This document shows positions 49,554 through 58,453 of a stretch of 64,000 bases of DNA, in pieces. Origin of the DNA: Bacteroidales bacterium (lineage in GTDB: Bacteria > Bacteroidota > Bacteroidia > Bacteroidales > UBA7960); contig PUKZ01000191.1 in NCBI GenBank assembly GCA_003550725.1, forward strand, positions 18,636 through 82,635, in the 5' to 3' direction. The first letter of the stretch is position 1; every line of letters begins with the position of its first letter. The position numbers and the translations under genes were made by a program. The notes below the pieces were generated by a model that saw only the letters and a program-made list of their open reading frames with translations, searched no databases and was not told the origin of the DNA.

Positions 49554-50477
49554 TTATTTATTGACCTGAAACTTAGTATCGCCTTTTTCAAAATAATTTA
49601 TAATTTGTTGAGCTGCGGCAATACCTGCTTTAATGTTTGCTTCAGAAGTTTGTGCACCCATTTTTTTTGCAGTAAATACATATCTGCCCGGGTATTTATT
49701 TTCTATTATATCTATACAATCAGGTGCAACATCTGAGAGATAAGAAAAATCTTGTCTCTCTTCAAATATTTTAAGCAACTCATCTTCGTTAATCACTTCT
49801 TTCCTGGCTGTATTAACTAATTTGGAATCTTTTGGCATCAATGAAAGCAACTGATAACCAATAGATTTTTTAGTTGTATCGTTAGCGGGTATATTAAGCG
49901 AAACATATTGACATGTTTTATAAAGCTCCTCAGCACTTTCAAGAACTTTCACGCCTTTCTTTTTAATTTCATCTGTTGAGACAAACGGATCATATGCATA
50001 TACATCCATACCAAAACCTTTGGCAATTTCGGAAACAAACATTCCTACATTACCAAAAGCATGTATTCCGAGCTTTTTATCCCTAAGTTCATTACCCGGC
50101 TTGCCATTAAAACCATTTCTGATATGATAAATCATCATACCAAAAGCCAGTTCAGCAACGGCATTAGAATTTTGGCCGGGGGTATTCATAGCTACTATTC
50201 CTTTGGCTGTACAGGCATCGAGGTCAAGATTGTCATAGCCGGCTCCTGCACGAACTACAACTTTTAAATTCTTTGCTGCATTAATTATATCCTGTGTAAC
50301 TTTGTCGCTCCTGACAATCAGTGCATCTACATCACTGACTTCTTTTTTAAATTCATCAACATCAGTGTATTTTTCCAGTAAAACCAGTTGATAACCGGCT
50401 TTATCCGTAACCTTTTTTATTTGCTCTACCGCAGCAGGAGCAAAGGGCTTTTCTGTTGCTATTAATACTTTTTTCAT
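49554..50477 (-). CDS. serA: D-3-phosphoglycerate dehydrogenase (short form, no ACT domain)
   Basis: 307 aa D-isomer 2-hydroxyacid dehydrogenase with the NAD motif GIHAFGNVGMFV. It is adjacent to serC. Confidence 0.82.
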   Translation of the reverse strand: MKKVLIATEKPFAPAAVEQIKKVTDKAGYQLVLLEKYTDVDEFKKEVSDVDALIVRSDKVTQDIINAAKNLKVVVRAGAGYDNLDLDACTAKGIVAMNTPGQNSNAVAELAFGMMIYHIRNGFNGKPGNELRDKKLGIHAFGNVGMFVSEIAKGFGMDVYAYDPFVSTDEIKKKGVKVLESAEELYKTCQYVSLNIPANDTTKKSIGYQLLSLMPKDSKLVNTARKEVINEDELLKIFEERQDFSYLSDVAPDCIDIIENKYPGRYVFTAKKMGAQTSEANIKAGIAAAQQIINYFEKGDTKFQVNK

Positions 50478-50622
50478 AACAATAATATTTTTTAAAATAA
50501 TTTATTTGTGTATTATATTACATTTTACTTGAAAATCAATCAAATAATAAGCCTAAACAACTTAACCAACATCATATAATTGTTAATCTGAATTTGAAGT
50601 TACAAATTGCTGAGTAAATGAT

Positions 50623-50654
50623 AATAAACCGTTTAAATGAATAAACGGTTTATT
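50623..50654. terminator. Hairpin (weak or partial terminator) between serC and serA
   Basis: A 13-bp perfect A/T-rich stem pairs aataaaccgttta (50623-50635) with taaacggtttatt (50642-50654). Only a weak U-tract follows on the minus strand. Confidence 0.4.
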
Positions 50655-50719
50655 AATTTAGAACTTCTTTAGCTTAAAATATAGATTTTTTATTAAGATA
50701 AAGCAAAGAATTATTTTTT

Positions 50720-51790
50720 CTAAGCATGTTTTTTCTCGAATTCCTGCATAGCATCCACAAGTGCTTTCACGCTATCTATTGGCATAGCATTGTATATTGA
50801 AGCTCTGAACCCGCCAACCGAGCGATGTCCTTTTACGCCTATCATATTTCTCTCAGTTGCAAATTCCAGGAAATCTTTTTCTAAATCCTTATAATCAGGA
50901 TTCATGACGAAACATACATTCATTAGCGATCGCGATAATTCTTCTGCTGTTCCTTCAAATAGATTATTTCTTTCAATTTCATCGTAAAGAATTTGAGCTT
51001 TTTCTTCGTTACGCTGTTGCATTTTTTCCAGGCCACCTAAATTTTTAATCCAACGTAATGTTTCAAGACAAACATAAATAGGCAAACATGGCGGGGGATT
51101 GAACATTGATCCTTGTTCAATATGAGTTCTGTAGTCAAGCATAGTCGGTATCTGACGGCTCACTTTGCCCAGGAGATCCTCACGAACAATAACAAATGTA
51201 ACACCGGCAGGGCCAAGATTTTTCTGTGCTCCTCCATAAATAATTCCATATTTGGAAACATCAACCGGTCTGCTAAAAATATCAGATGACATATCAGCAA
51301 CTAAAGGTATGGGACTGTCAATATCTTCTTTTATTTGCGTTCCAAAAATGGTGTTATTTGTAGTTATATGAAAATAATCCGCATCTTCGGGTATCATATA
51401 ACCTCTTGGAATATAATTAAAGTTGTTGTCGGCAGATGAACCCACAACGTCAACACTGCCAAAAAGTTTCGCTTCTTTTATCGCTTTTTTTGCCCATGAA
51501 CCGGTTTCAAGGTATGCAGCTTTCAAAGCCAATAAATTATAAGGAACCATACAAAATTGCATGCTGGCTCCTCCTCCTAAAAATAATACATGATACCCCT
51601 GGGGAATGTTTAATAGTTCTTTAAACAAAGCTACGGTTTCATCAATCACAGCCTGAAAGTCTTTACCTCTATGTGAGATCTCCATTATCGACAATCCAAT
51701 GCCATTTAGATCCTTAACCGCTTTAGCCGTGTTATCAATAACTTCGGGAGCCAATATGGATGGTCCGGCACTAAAATTATGCTTTTTCAT
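50720..51790 (-). CDS. serC: Phosphoserine aminotransferase
   Basis: 356 aa with the N-terminus [14 protein letters not shown] and the PLP-lysine context [11 protein letters not shown]. Confidence 0.95.
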   Translation of the reverse strand: MKKHNFSAGPSILAPEVIDNTAKAVKDLNGIGLSIMEISHRGKDFQAVIDETVALFKELLNIPQGYHVLFLGGGASMQFCMVPYNLLALKAAYLETGSWAKKAIKEAKLFGSVDVVGSSADNNFNYIPRGYMIPEDADYFHITTNNTIFGTQIKEDIDSPIPLVADMSSDIFSRPVDVSKYGIIYGGAQKNLGPAGVTFVIVREDLLGKVSRQIPTMLDYRTHIEQGSMFNPPPCLPIYVCLETLRWIKNLGGLEKMQQRNEEKAQILYDEIERNNLFEGTAEELSRSLMNVCFVMNPDYKDLEKDFLEFATERNMIGVKGHRSVGGFRASIYNAMPIDSVKALVDAMQEFEKKHA

Positions 51791-51923
51791 AACTACTTGC
51801 TTTTAAAATTTTAAATTTTGATTTTATTAGTATAGTGATTTATGTGCAAATTTTATCAAAATTATTTTGATAAACCAAAAAAATATAAAAAATTATTAAA
51901 TACCTGATAGCTAATTATTATTT

Positions 51924-52844
51924 TTATTTTAGCTCAATTCTTTCCGGTTCAGGTATTTCACGTTCCGGATTCCTGGCATCAATATTAGGGAAAAAAACCC
52001 ATTTCCCATTTTTAAAAATAAAACCGTCTGATATGTTTGTTACCGGTTTGTAAAATTGATAATGGTTTTCTAAAGAATCTTCTATTGGATCCAATCTGTC
52101 AAAAACAATCATGCTTGTTTTAATTTGTTTTGAGTCGATATTTGCATTATTAATTAATAAGAGAGAATCATAATTCAACTCCATTGATACTCTTGAAGAA
52201 TAACTAAAAATGGCCCGGCAATAATAATCGTCTTTATAACTTAATATAGGCTGTCCGAAAACAGGCTCATTTTCAGAGTTCAATCTTATCGGCTCTATTA
52301 AACGCTGCCTTACCAATGGGTTTTTACCTTTCCATCCCAGCAAAGTATAATAATCCTTACCAGCGTACTGACTATGTATTAAATCGTAATAATAAGCTCC
52401 AAACCAGTTTTTATGATTAAGCTCCTTAAATTCGGCTTCTTCAACCTTCTCGGAGGGATGTGTCAGCTCATAAATTTTCTTTTTATTTGCAGATTTATCT
52501 TTAATTTGAAAAAATCCATAATATTCATAATATCCATTAACCAAAGGTACATACCATGTTATGATTCTGAATTTTTCATCAGGTGATCGTAATACCGAAA
52601 TTGTTTCAAGAGAATCAAAAGGGTAGTCAAAAGAACCGTCTTTGTGCAAAGTCTCCAGAAAAAGATCATATAATTTGTTGTTTTGCTCTAGCCGCTCAGC
52701 ATTTTGGTGAAAATCTATTATTGCCAAAGCTTTTTTATTCAACTTTTGCTCCAGAACGGTAAAATCTTCCTGATTTTGACCAAAAATATTGATCGAAATA
52801 GTAAAAAAAACAGACAGAAGAACTATGATTATAATCCTGTACAT
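51924..52844 (-). CDS. Secreted hypothetical protein
   Basis: 306 aa with signal peptide MYRIIIIVLLSVFFTISINIFG. It is Tyr/Phe-rich and has no motif I recognise. Confidence 0.6.
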   Translation of the reverse strand: MYRIIIIVLLSVFFTISINIFGQNQEDFTVLEQKLNKKALAIIDFHQNAERLEQNNKLYDLFLETLHKDGSFDYPFDSLETISVLRSPDEKFRIITWYVPLVNGYYEYYGFFQIKDKSANKKKIYELTHPSEKVEEAEFKELNHKNWFGAYYYDLIHSQYAGKDYYTLLGWKGKNPLVRQRLIEPIRLNSENEPVFGQPILSYKDDYYCRAIFSYSSRVSMELNYDSLLLINNANIDSKQIKTSMIVFDRLDPIEDSLENHYQFYKPVTNISDGFIFKNGKWVFFPNIDARNPEREIPEPERIELK

Positions 52845-53430
52845 TGGTTAAATAATTTATATACAAAACTTTTTTGTAAAATAAAGGGTTAAATGTTAAC
52901 TATTCGTTATAGTTGATTATGTTATATAAGTGATTTTTGTTTTTGTTCAAAGTTAATTAAAACATCGAAATTATAACAAATAATTAATTTAATTAATCAA
53001 AAATCAATTAAATATTATTTAAGCAAATATTTAAGCCAGGTATATTTTTTATGTTTATATAATATAACAAAATTTATAAAAAACAGGTATTTTAAAGAAC
53101 ATTTGCCGAAAAACGTAAATAAAAACCCTGCAAAATTTACAAAGAATAAGTTTCTGGGTATTGCAAAAGTAAAGATGGTAATTTTTTCCGGGCTAATTAT
53201 TAAGGCTCTAAACTATGAAATTATTTTTTAATATTTGTTATTGTTGTTATTGTTGTTACTGTTATTAAAGGAAAACAAACAATTTTAGTAATTTTAATCG
53301 GATACTATTGAAATCTACTAACAAAACAATAAAAGTTTTGTATTTTTATAAAATTGAATTATTATTGTTTTTAACAATTAAAAACAATTTCAGAGGCAGC
53401 TGATATTAAAAACTCAAAAAGCTTAGAGAT

Positions 53431-55089
53431 ATGATGGAGAAAAAACTGGTAGAACTTATACAAGACAGCATAACTAATAATTGGGATATCCAGGCAATGA
53501 CCAATTACAAGGGTGATAGTGTTACTTATGGTGATGTGGGTGAAAAAATTGCAAGTTTGCATATCATTTTTGAGGCATGTCATTTAAAGAAAGGTGAACA
53601 TGTTGCCTTGGTGGGTAAAAATTCTGTAAATTGGGCAATTACTTATTTGGCTGTTGTTACATATGGAGGAGTTATTGTTCCTGTTTTACCTGATTTTAAG
53701 CCTAATGAGATGCATCATATTATAAATCATTCTGATTCAAAGATTTTATTTGTGGCTGATAATATATTCGAAGAGCTTGATAAATCAAAGATTAAGGAAA
53801 TTAGCCATGTGTTTTCCTTAACAGATTTTTCATTGCTTTTGCCTGCAAAACAAAAAAATGTTAACAAGGTATTGGAAGACCTTCCCGGAGCTTTAAAAAA
53901 GAAATTTCCGGAAGGGTTTAATTCAAAAGTTTTGAAATTTGATTCTATTGATAATGATGAACTTGCTAAAATAAGCTATACTTCCGGAACTACTGGCTTT
54001 ACGAAAGGTGTGATGATTTCTCATAACAACCTGGTTGCTAATATTATTTATGCCAATAAGAATATGCCTCTCGAACCCGGCGACAACATTGTGTCATTTT
54101 TACCCCTGGCACATTGTTATGGTTGTGCATTTGAGTTTCTTTGGCCTTTTACCCTGGGATGCCATATTACCTTTCTTACCAAGAATCCATCTCCGCAAGT
54201 TATACTACAGGCGTTCAGGGAAATAAGGCCTAAACTTGTATTGGCAGTGCCTTTGATTATAGAGAAGATATATAAAAAACAAATCCTTCCCCTGCTTAAC
54301 AAATCAAGTATTAAATTACTTTTGAAAACACCTGTATTAAATAGAGTTTTAAAAAACAAGGTTCGTAAAAAACTTACAGATGTTTTTGGTGGTAATTTCC
54401 ATGAAATTGTCATTGGCGGGGCTCCTTTAAATAAGGAAGTTGAAGAATTTTTAAATGAAATTAAATTTCCGTTTTCTATAGGATATGGTATGACCGAATG
54501 TGGCCCCTTAATTAGTTATGCTAACTGGGATAAAACAAAACTTGGCTCTGCAGGCAAAGTGGTAGATACTTTACAAATAAAGATAGATTCAACTGATCCT
54601 TTTGAAAAGGCAGGGGAAATTATGGTTAAGGGCGAAAATGTGATGAAAGGGTATTATAAAAACCCTGAGGAAACCAATGTTACCTTTGAAGATTATGGAT
54701 GGATGCGGACGGGTGACCTGGGGCTTTTGGATAAGGAAAACTTTGTTTTTATTATGGGAAGAAACAAAAGTATGATACTAGGGCCTTCAGGCCAAAATAT
54801 TTATCCCGAAGAAATTGAGGCTAAATACAATAACATGCCTTACGTACAGGAATCGTTGGTAATCGAAAAGGAAAACAAGCTTATTATATTAATATATCCT
54901 GATTATGAGCTAATGGATAAAAATAATATTTCAGATAAAGAATTAAAAGATATCTTTGAATCCCACCGAAAGACATTAAATGATCAAATGCCCGGTTTTA
55001 TGGGAATATCAGATACAAAAATCTTTGCCGAAGAGTTCGAAAAAACACCCAAGAAAAGCATTAAAAGATTCTTGTATGATAATGTTTAA
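53431..55089 (+). CDS. AMP-dependent synthetase/ligase (long-chain fatty acid--CoA ligase-like)
   Basis: 552 aa with AMP-binding motif I YTSGTTGFTKGV, GYGMTE, and TGDLG followed by GRNKSMI. Confidence 0.85.
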   Translation: MMEKKLVELIQDSITNNWDIQAMTNYKGDSVTYGDVGEKIASLHIIFEACHLKKGEHVALVGKNSVNWAITYLAVVTYGGVIVPVLPDFKPNEMHHIINHSDSKILFVADNIFEELDKSKIKEISHVFSLTDFSLLLPAKQKNVNKVLEDLPGALKKKFPEGFNSKVLKFDSIDNDELAKISYTSGTTGFTKGVMISHNNLVANIIYANKNMPLEPGDNIVSFLPLAHCYGCAFEFLWPFTLGCHITFLTKNPSPQVILQAFREIRPKLVLAVPLIIEKIYKKQILPLLNKSSIKLLLKTPVLNRVLKNKVRKKLTDVFGGNFHEIVIGGAPLNKEVEEFLNEIKFPFSIGYGMTECGPLISYANWDKTKLGSAGKVVDTLQIKIDSTDPFEKAGEIMVKGENVMKGYYKNPEETNVTFEDYGWMRTGDLGLLDKENFVFIMGRNKSMILGPSGQNIYPEEIEAKYNNMPYVQESLVIEKENKLIILIYPDYELMDKNNISDKELKDIFESHRKTLNDQMPGFMGISDTKIFAEEFEKTPKKSIKRFLYDNV

Positions 55090-55254
55090 TTTTTAGGCTT
55101 TATTGATGTTTACTTGCTTTCCAGGTTTTTACGCTGAGAGTTTTTAAATTCCAATTAAACAATAATTCCATAGTTTTAAAAAATTGCGATATTATTCGCG
55201 TGTTTCATAAAACCGCCTATTTGTCTTGTTGGTGGGATAATTGTACCGGTCCCT

Positions 55255-55377
55255 AAATTCTTCGCTTCGATGGTGCTTCACAGGATAACATTTTTTTTTG
55301 ATGGGGCATTGCCAAAGCTTTGGAAAAGCTTGTTATGTTTGTGAAGCGAAGAATTTCGTTAGAATGCCTACATTTTT
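55255..55377. repeat. Complex inverted repeat / nested hairpins
   Basis: A 14-bp perfect outer stem pairs aaattcttcgcttc (55255-55268) with gaagcgaagaattt (55343-55356). An inner stem pairs ataaca (55285-55290) with tgttat (55331-55336). The palindrome ccaaagctttgg lies at 55312-55323. Loop ggcatt (55305-55310) is complementary to aatgcc (55363-55368), followed by T5 (55373-55377). Confidence 0.55.
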
Positions 55378-55442
55378 GCCGGACAATAATAAACAATAAT
55401 ACAAAACCTTTGTTATTTTATTAACAATTGGATTTTTTTTGT

Positions 55443-55450
55443 TACTTTTG
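55443..55450 (+). promoter_or_regulatory. -7 promoter box TACTTTTG
   Basis: Exact TAnnTTTG match, ending 49 nt before the ATG at 55500. Confidence 0.4.
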
Positions 55451-55499
55451 TATGAAAGCAGAAAATAATTAAATATAAACATACACTCTATTATAACAT

Positions 55500-57236
55500 A
55501 TGAATAAAACCTTAAAGATACGTGATGTTACGCTTCGCGACGGACAGCAATCACTTTTTGCAACACGAATGACCCAGGAACAGATTGACAGTGTGTTACC
55601 ATATTTTAAAGAAGCTAATTTTTATGCTATGGAGGTATGGGGTGGAGCAGTTCCTGACTCGGTTATGCGTTATCTCAATGAAGATCCGTGGGAGCGTTTA
55701 GAAAAGATAAATAAAGTTATCGGGGATACCTCCAAGCTTACTGCTTTGTCGAGGGGGAGAAATCTTTTCGGTTATAATCCATACCCCGACAGGGTTATTG
55801 AAGGCTTTAACCGTAATGCCATAAAATCAGGTATTGATATTATGCGGATTTTTGATGCTCTTAACGACACAAATAATATTAAATCTACTATAAAATATGT
55901 GAAAGAGAACGGGGGAATTGCTGATTGTACTGTTTGCTATACTGTAGACCCAAAATTTAAAAAAAGAGACCGTGTAAGAGCGTTTTTGCAAGGAAAGAGA
56001 TTGCCGGGTAAGGTTTTCACTATAGAGTACTTTGTTAAGAAAGCAATGGAGCTTGAAAAATTGGGCGCTGATATTGTTACTATTAAGGATATGGCCGGGC
56101 TCATTCCACCGGTAAAAAGCGGTATAATTATTGATTTAATGAAACAGGAAATTAATATCCCTGTTAACTTTCATACTCATTCAACCCCGGGCTATGGTTT
56201 AGCGTCTGTTCTCACTGCCATCATTAATGGAGCTGATATAATAGATACCTCAATAATGAATTTTGCCGGCGGTCCTGCTGCACCTGCTTTTGAAATTATT
56301 CAATTATTCTGCAATAAATTGGGTATTAAGACCGATGTAAATCTTGAAGCAATTGTAAAAATTAACACTGCTTTGAAAGATATACGCAAAGAACTTGAAC
56401 CCTTCGATACATATAAAATATTTCCCCGTGATTTTGATATTACAAAAGATAAGCTTCCCCCCGAGGTAGATGAATTGTTTGATCAGGCAATTGACCTTGC
56501 ATATCGTCGAAAAGAAAAAGCTTTACTTGAAACAACACAAAAGATAGAAGCCTATTTTAATTTTCCTCCACCAGCAGAAAATGTACGTAAAGCAGAAATC
56601 CCCGGTGGAATGTATTCAAATATGCTTGCACAACTTAAGCAACAAAAAATGGAAAATTTGCTGCAAAGAGTACTCGATATAATTCCAAGCGTGAGATTAG
56701 ATGCAGGTTGCCCACCGCTGGTTACTCCTACCAGCCAAATAGTAGGGGTTCAGGCTGTAAATTGTATTGTTGACGAAAACAATGGAAGGCCTTTTTACAC
56801 AACCAAATCAACACAGTTTGTCAATCTTGTAAAGGGAATATATGGTAAAACACCTTTGCCTGTCGATCCTGAATTCAGAAAAAAAATTGCTGGGCATAAG
56901 AAAGAAAAACCATACAACCCCAATAGCTACGAAAAACCCGAAAACCCTATACTCGACGAACTTGGTGGGATGAGACTTGCTCAAAATGAAAAGGAAGAAC
57001 TATTGCTCGAACTATTTCCGGCTGTAGCAACAAATTTTTTGCAAAACCGTGCCGAAAATAGATATATTGAACAAATAAATGCCATAGAGGAAGAAAAACG
57101 CCGAAAATACCAGGAGGAAAAAGAAAAATATGAAAGCCTTTCAGATGAAGAAAAAAAGGAACGACTCCTGAAAGGACTTTATAATTACCAATGGTCTACT
57201 TTTGACGGAGAGGTTTCAGATGATGATGATGATTAG
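55500..57236 (+). CDS. Oxaloacetate decarboxylase alpha / transcarboxylase 5S-type carboxyltransferase, without biotinyl domain
   Basis: 578 aa with IRDVTLRDGQQS, KDMAGL (carbamyl-Lys context) and HTHSTPGYG. No AMKM biotinylation motif is present anywhere. The C-terminus is a charged coiled-coil ending DDDDD. Confidence 0.85.
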   Translation: MNKTLKIRDVTLRDGQQSLFATRMTQEQIDSVLPYFKEANFYAMEVWGGAVPDSVMRYLNEDPWERLEKINKVIGDTSKLTALSRGRNLFGYNPYPDRVIEGFNRNAIKSGIDIMRIFDALNDTNNIKSTIKYVKENGGIADCTVCYTVDPKFKKRDRVRAFLQGKRLPGKVFTIEYFVKKAMELEKLGADIVTIKDMAGLIPPVKSGIIIDLMKQEINIPVNFHTHSTPGYGLASVLTAIINGADIIDTSIMNFAGGPAAPAFEIIQLFCNKLGIKTDVNLEAIVKINTALKDIRKELEPFDTYKIFPRDFDITKDKLPPEVDELFDQAIDLAYRRKEKALLETTQKIEAYFNFPPPAENVRKAEIPGGMYSNMLAQLKQQKMENLLQRVLDIIPSVRLDAGCPPLVTPTSQIVGVQAVNCIVDENNGRPFYTTKSTQFVNLVKGIYGKTPLPVDPEFRKKIAGHKKEKPYNPNSYEKPENPILDELGGMRLAQNEKEELLLELFPAVATNFLQNRAENRYIEQINAIEEEKRRKYQEEKEKYESLSDEEKKERLLKGLYNYQWSTFDGEVSDDDDD

Positions 57237-57390
57237 AGTTTATAAAAACTCCTGCATAAAAATTTTATAATTAAAATAATAATCTCTTTATTTATTTTAA
57301 TTATAACAAAGAGGATCAATTAATAACCCAATCCAAATTTATTTTAACACAATTTGAGTTGTTATAAAAATAACAATTCAAAAATTTTAT

Positions 57391-57398
57391 TACTTTTG
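57391..57398 (+). promoter_or_regulatory. Candidate distal -7 box TACTTTTG for the V-ATPase operon
   Basis: Exact TAnnTTTG match, but 254 nt upstream of the atpE ATG. I saw no closer match. Confidence 0.25.
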
Positions 57399-57651
57399 CA
57401 ATTTATTAGTGAAAAAACCACAGGAAAAGTTAATTTGATATATTATTTTTAACAAAAGAAAACGTTTGTATATTTTTTTTAAATTCGCAACTGTGATTTA
57501 CAAGTATTTATTTTTATTTTAAAAAATCCTATTTTATTTTAAAAATAATTATAACCATTAAGGAGTTTAGTTTACTTAATATAAAGATTATGCTCTAAAA
57601 TTATAGTTCATAACAAGAAATACAAACGTCAAATAAATTATAATTATAAAT

Positions 57652-58275
57652 ATGCAAAACAAACTTCAGGAATTAACAGATAAACTATACCAGGAAGGTG
57701 TAGATAAAGCTAATGAAGAAGCTAAAAAGATTGTTAATGATGCTAAAAAAGAAGCCGATGAAATAGTATCAAAAGCAAGGGATAAAGCGGATAAAATATT
57801 GAAAGATGCAGAAAAGAATGCAGAGGAAATTAAGAAGAATTCACTAAACGAATTACAGTTAGCTTCCAAGCAAGCTATTTCTGACCTGAAACAGCGTATA
57901 ATAAACCTCATAGAAACGAAGGCCTTAAAACCTTCTACAAAAGAGGCTTTTGAAGATAAAGAGTTTACTAAAGATATTATATTAACTATTGTTAATAACT
58001 GGGATCCACAAAAAGAATCACAGGTTGAATTGAAAATTGTACTTCCAGAAAAAAAGCAGAAAGAATTTGAAAACTTTTTTAAATCAAAAGCTAAAAGCCT
58101 GCTTGATAAAGGTGTTGAAATTGAATTTTCCGAAAGTGTTAAAGGAGGTTTCAGAATTGGGCCAAAAGATGGCAGCTATTTAATATCTTTTACTGATAAA
58201 GACTTTGAAAACTTCTTTAAAACTTTTTTAAGGCCTCGCCTTGTTGAAATGCTTTATGGTAAAGGTGACAAGTAA
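57652..58275 (+). CDS. atpE: V-type ATP synthase subunit E
   Basis: 207 aa with a long N-terminal charged helix (KLYQEGVDKANEEAKKIVNDAKKEADEIV...) and a C-terminal globular part. It is the first gene of the V-ATPase operon. Confidence 0.82.
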   Translation: MQNKLQELTDKLYQEGVDKANEEAKKIVNDAKKEADEIVSKARDKADKILKDAEKNAEEIKKNSLNELQLASKQAISDLKQRIINLIETKALKPSTKEAFEDKEFTKDIILTIVNNWDPQKESQVELKIVLPEKKQKEFENFFKSKAKSLLDKGVEIEFSESVKGGFRIGPKDGSYLISFTDKDFENFFKTFLRPRLVEMLYGKGDK

Positions 58276-58447
58276 AGAGTAAACGGGTTTATGTGTTAAA
58301 TAAACTCGTTACACTTAATTAGTTATCCGTTATAAATAAGTATTATTATTTAAAAACGGAGAGGATAGAGAAGATATAAATATTAAACTATAAAATATAA
58401 AAGCTATGAGCGAACGGGTCAATTGTTACCCGTTACTCGTTACTCAT
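58276..58447 (+). repeat. Repeat-family element, copy F, inside the V-ATPase operon
   Basis: gagtaaacggg (58277-58287) is complementary, with a 1-nt bulge, to cccgttactc (58429-58438). A local hairpin pairs aacgggt (58413-58419) with acccgtt (58428-58434). The heptamer run gttaccc gttactc gttactc (58425-58445) is like copy A at 9899-9919. Confidence 0.55.
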
Positions 58448-58453
58448 AAATAT

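Noticed and set aside
53238-53266. 9-nt tandem repeat TTATTGTTG x2 plus TTACTGTTA.
   Set aside because: It is short, low-complexity T/G-rich sequence in an AT-rich divergent promoter region. It has too few units to call a functional repeat.
58406-58453. N-terminal extension MSERVNCYPLLVTHKY of the DUF2764 ORF.
   Set aside because: This stretch is the repeat element's heptamer run read as codons. The downstream ATG at 58454 gives a natural N-terminus.
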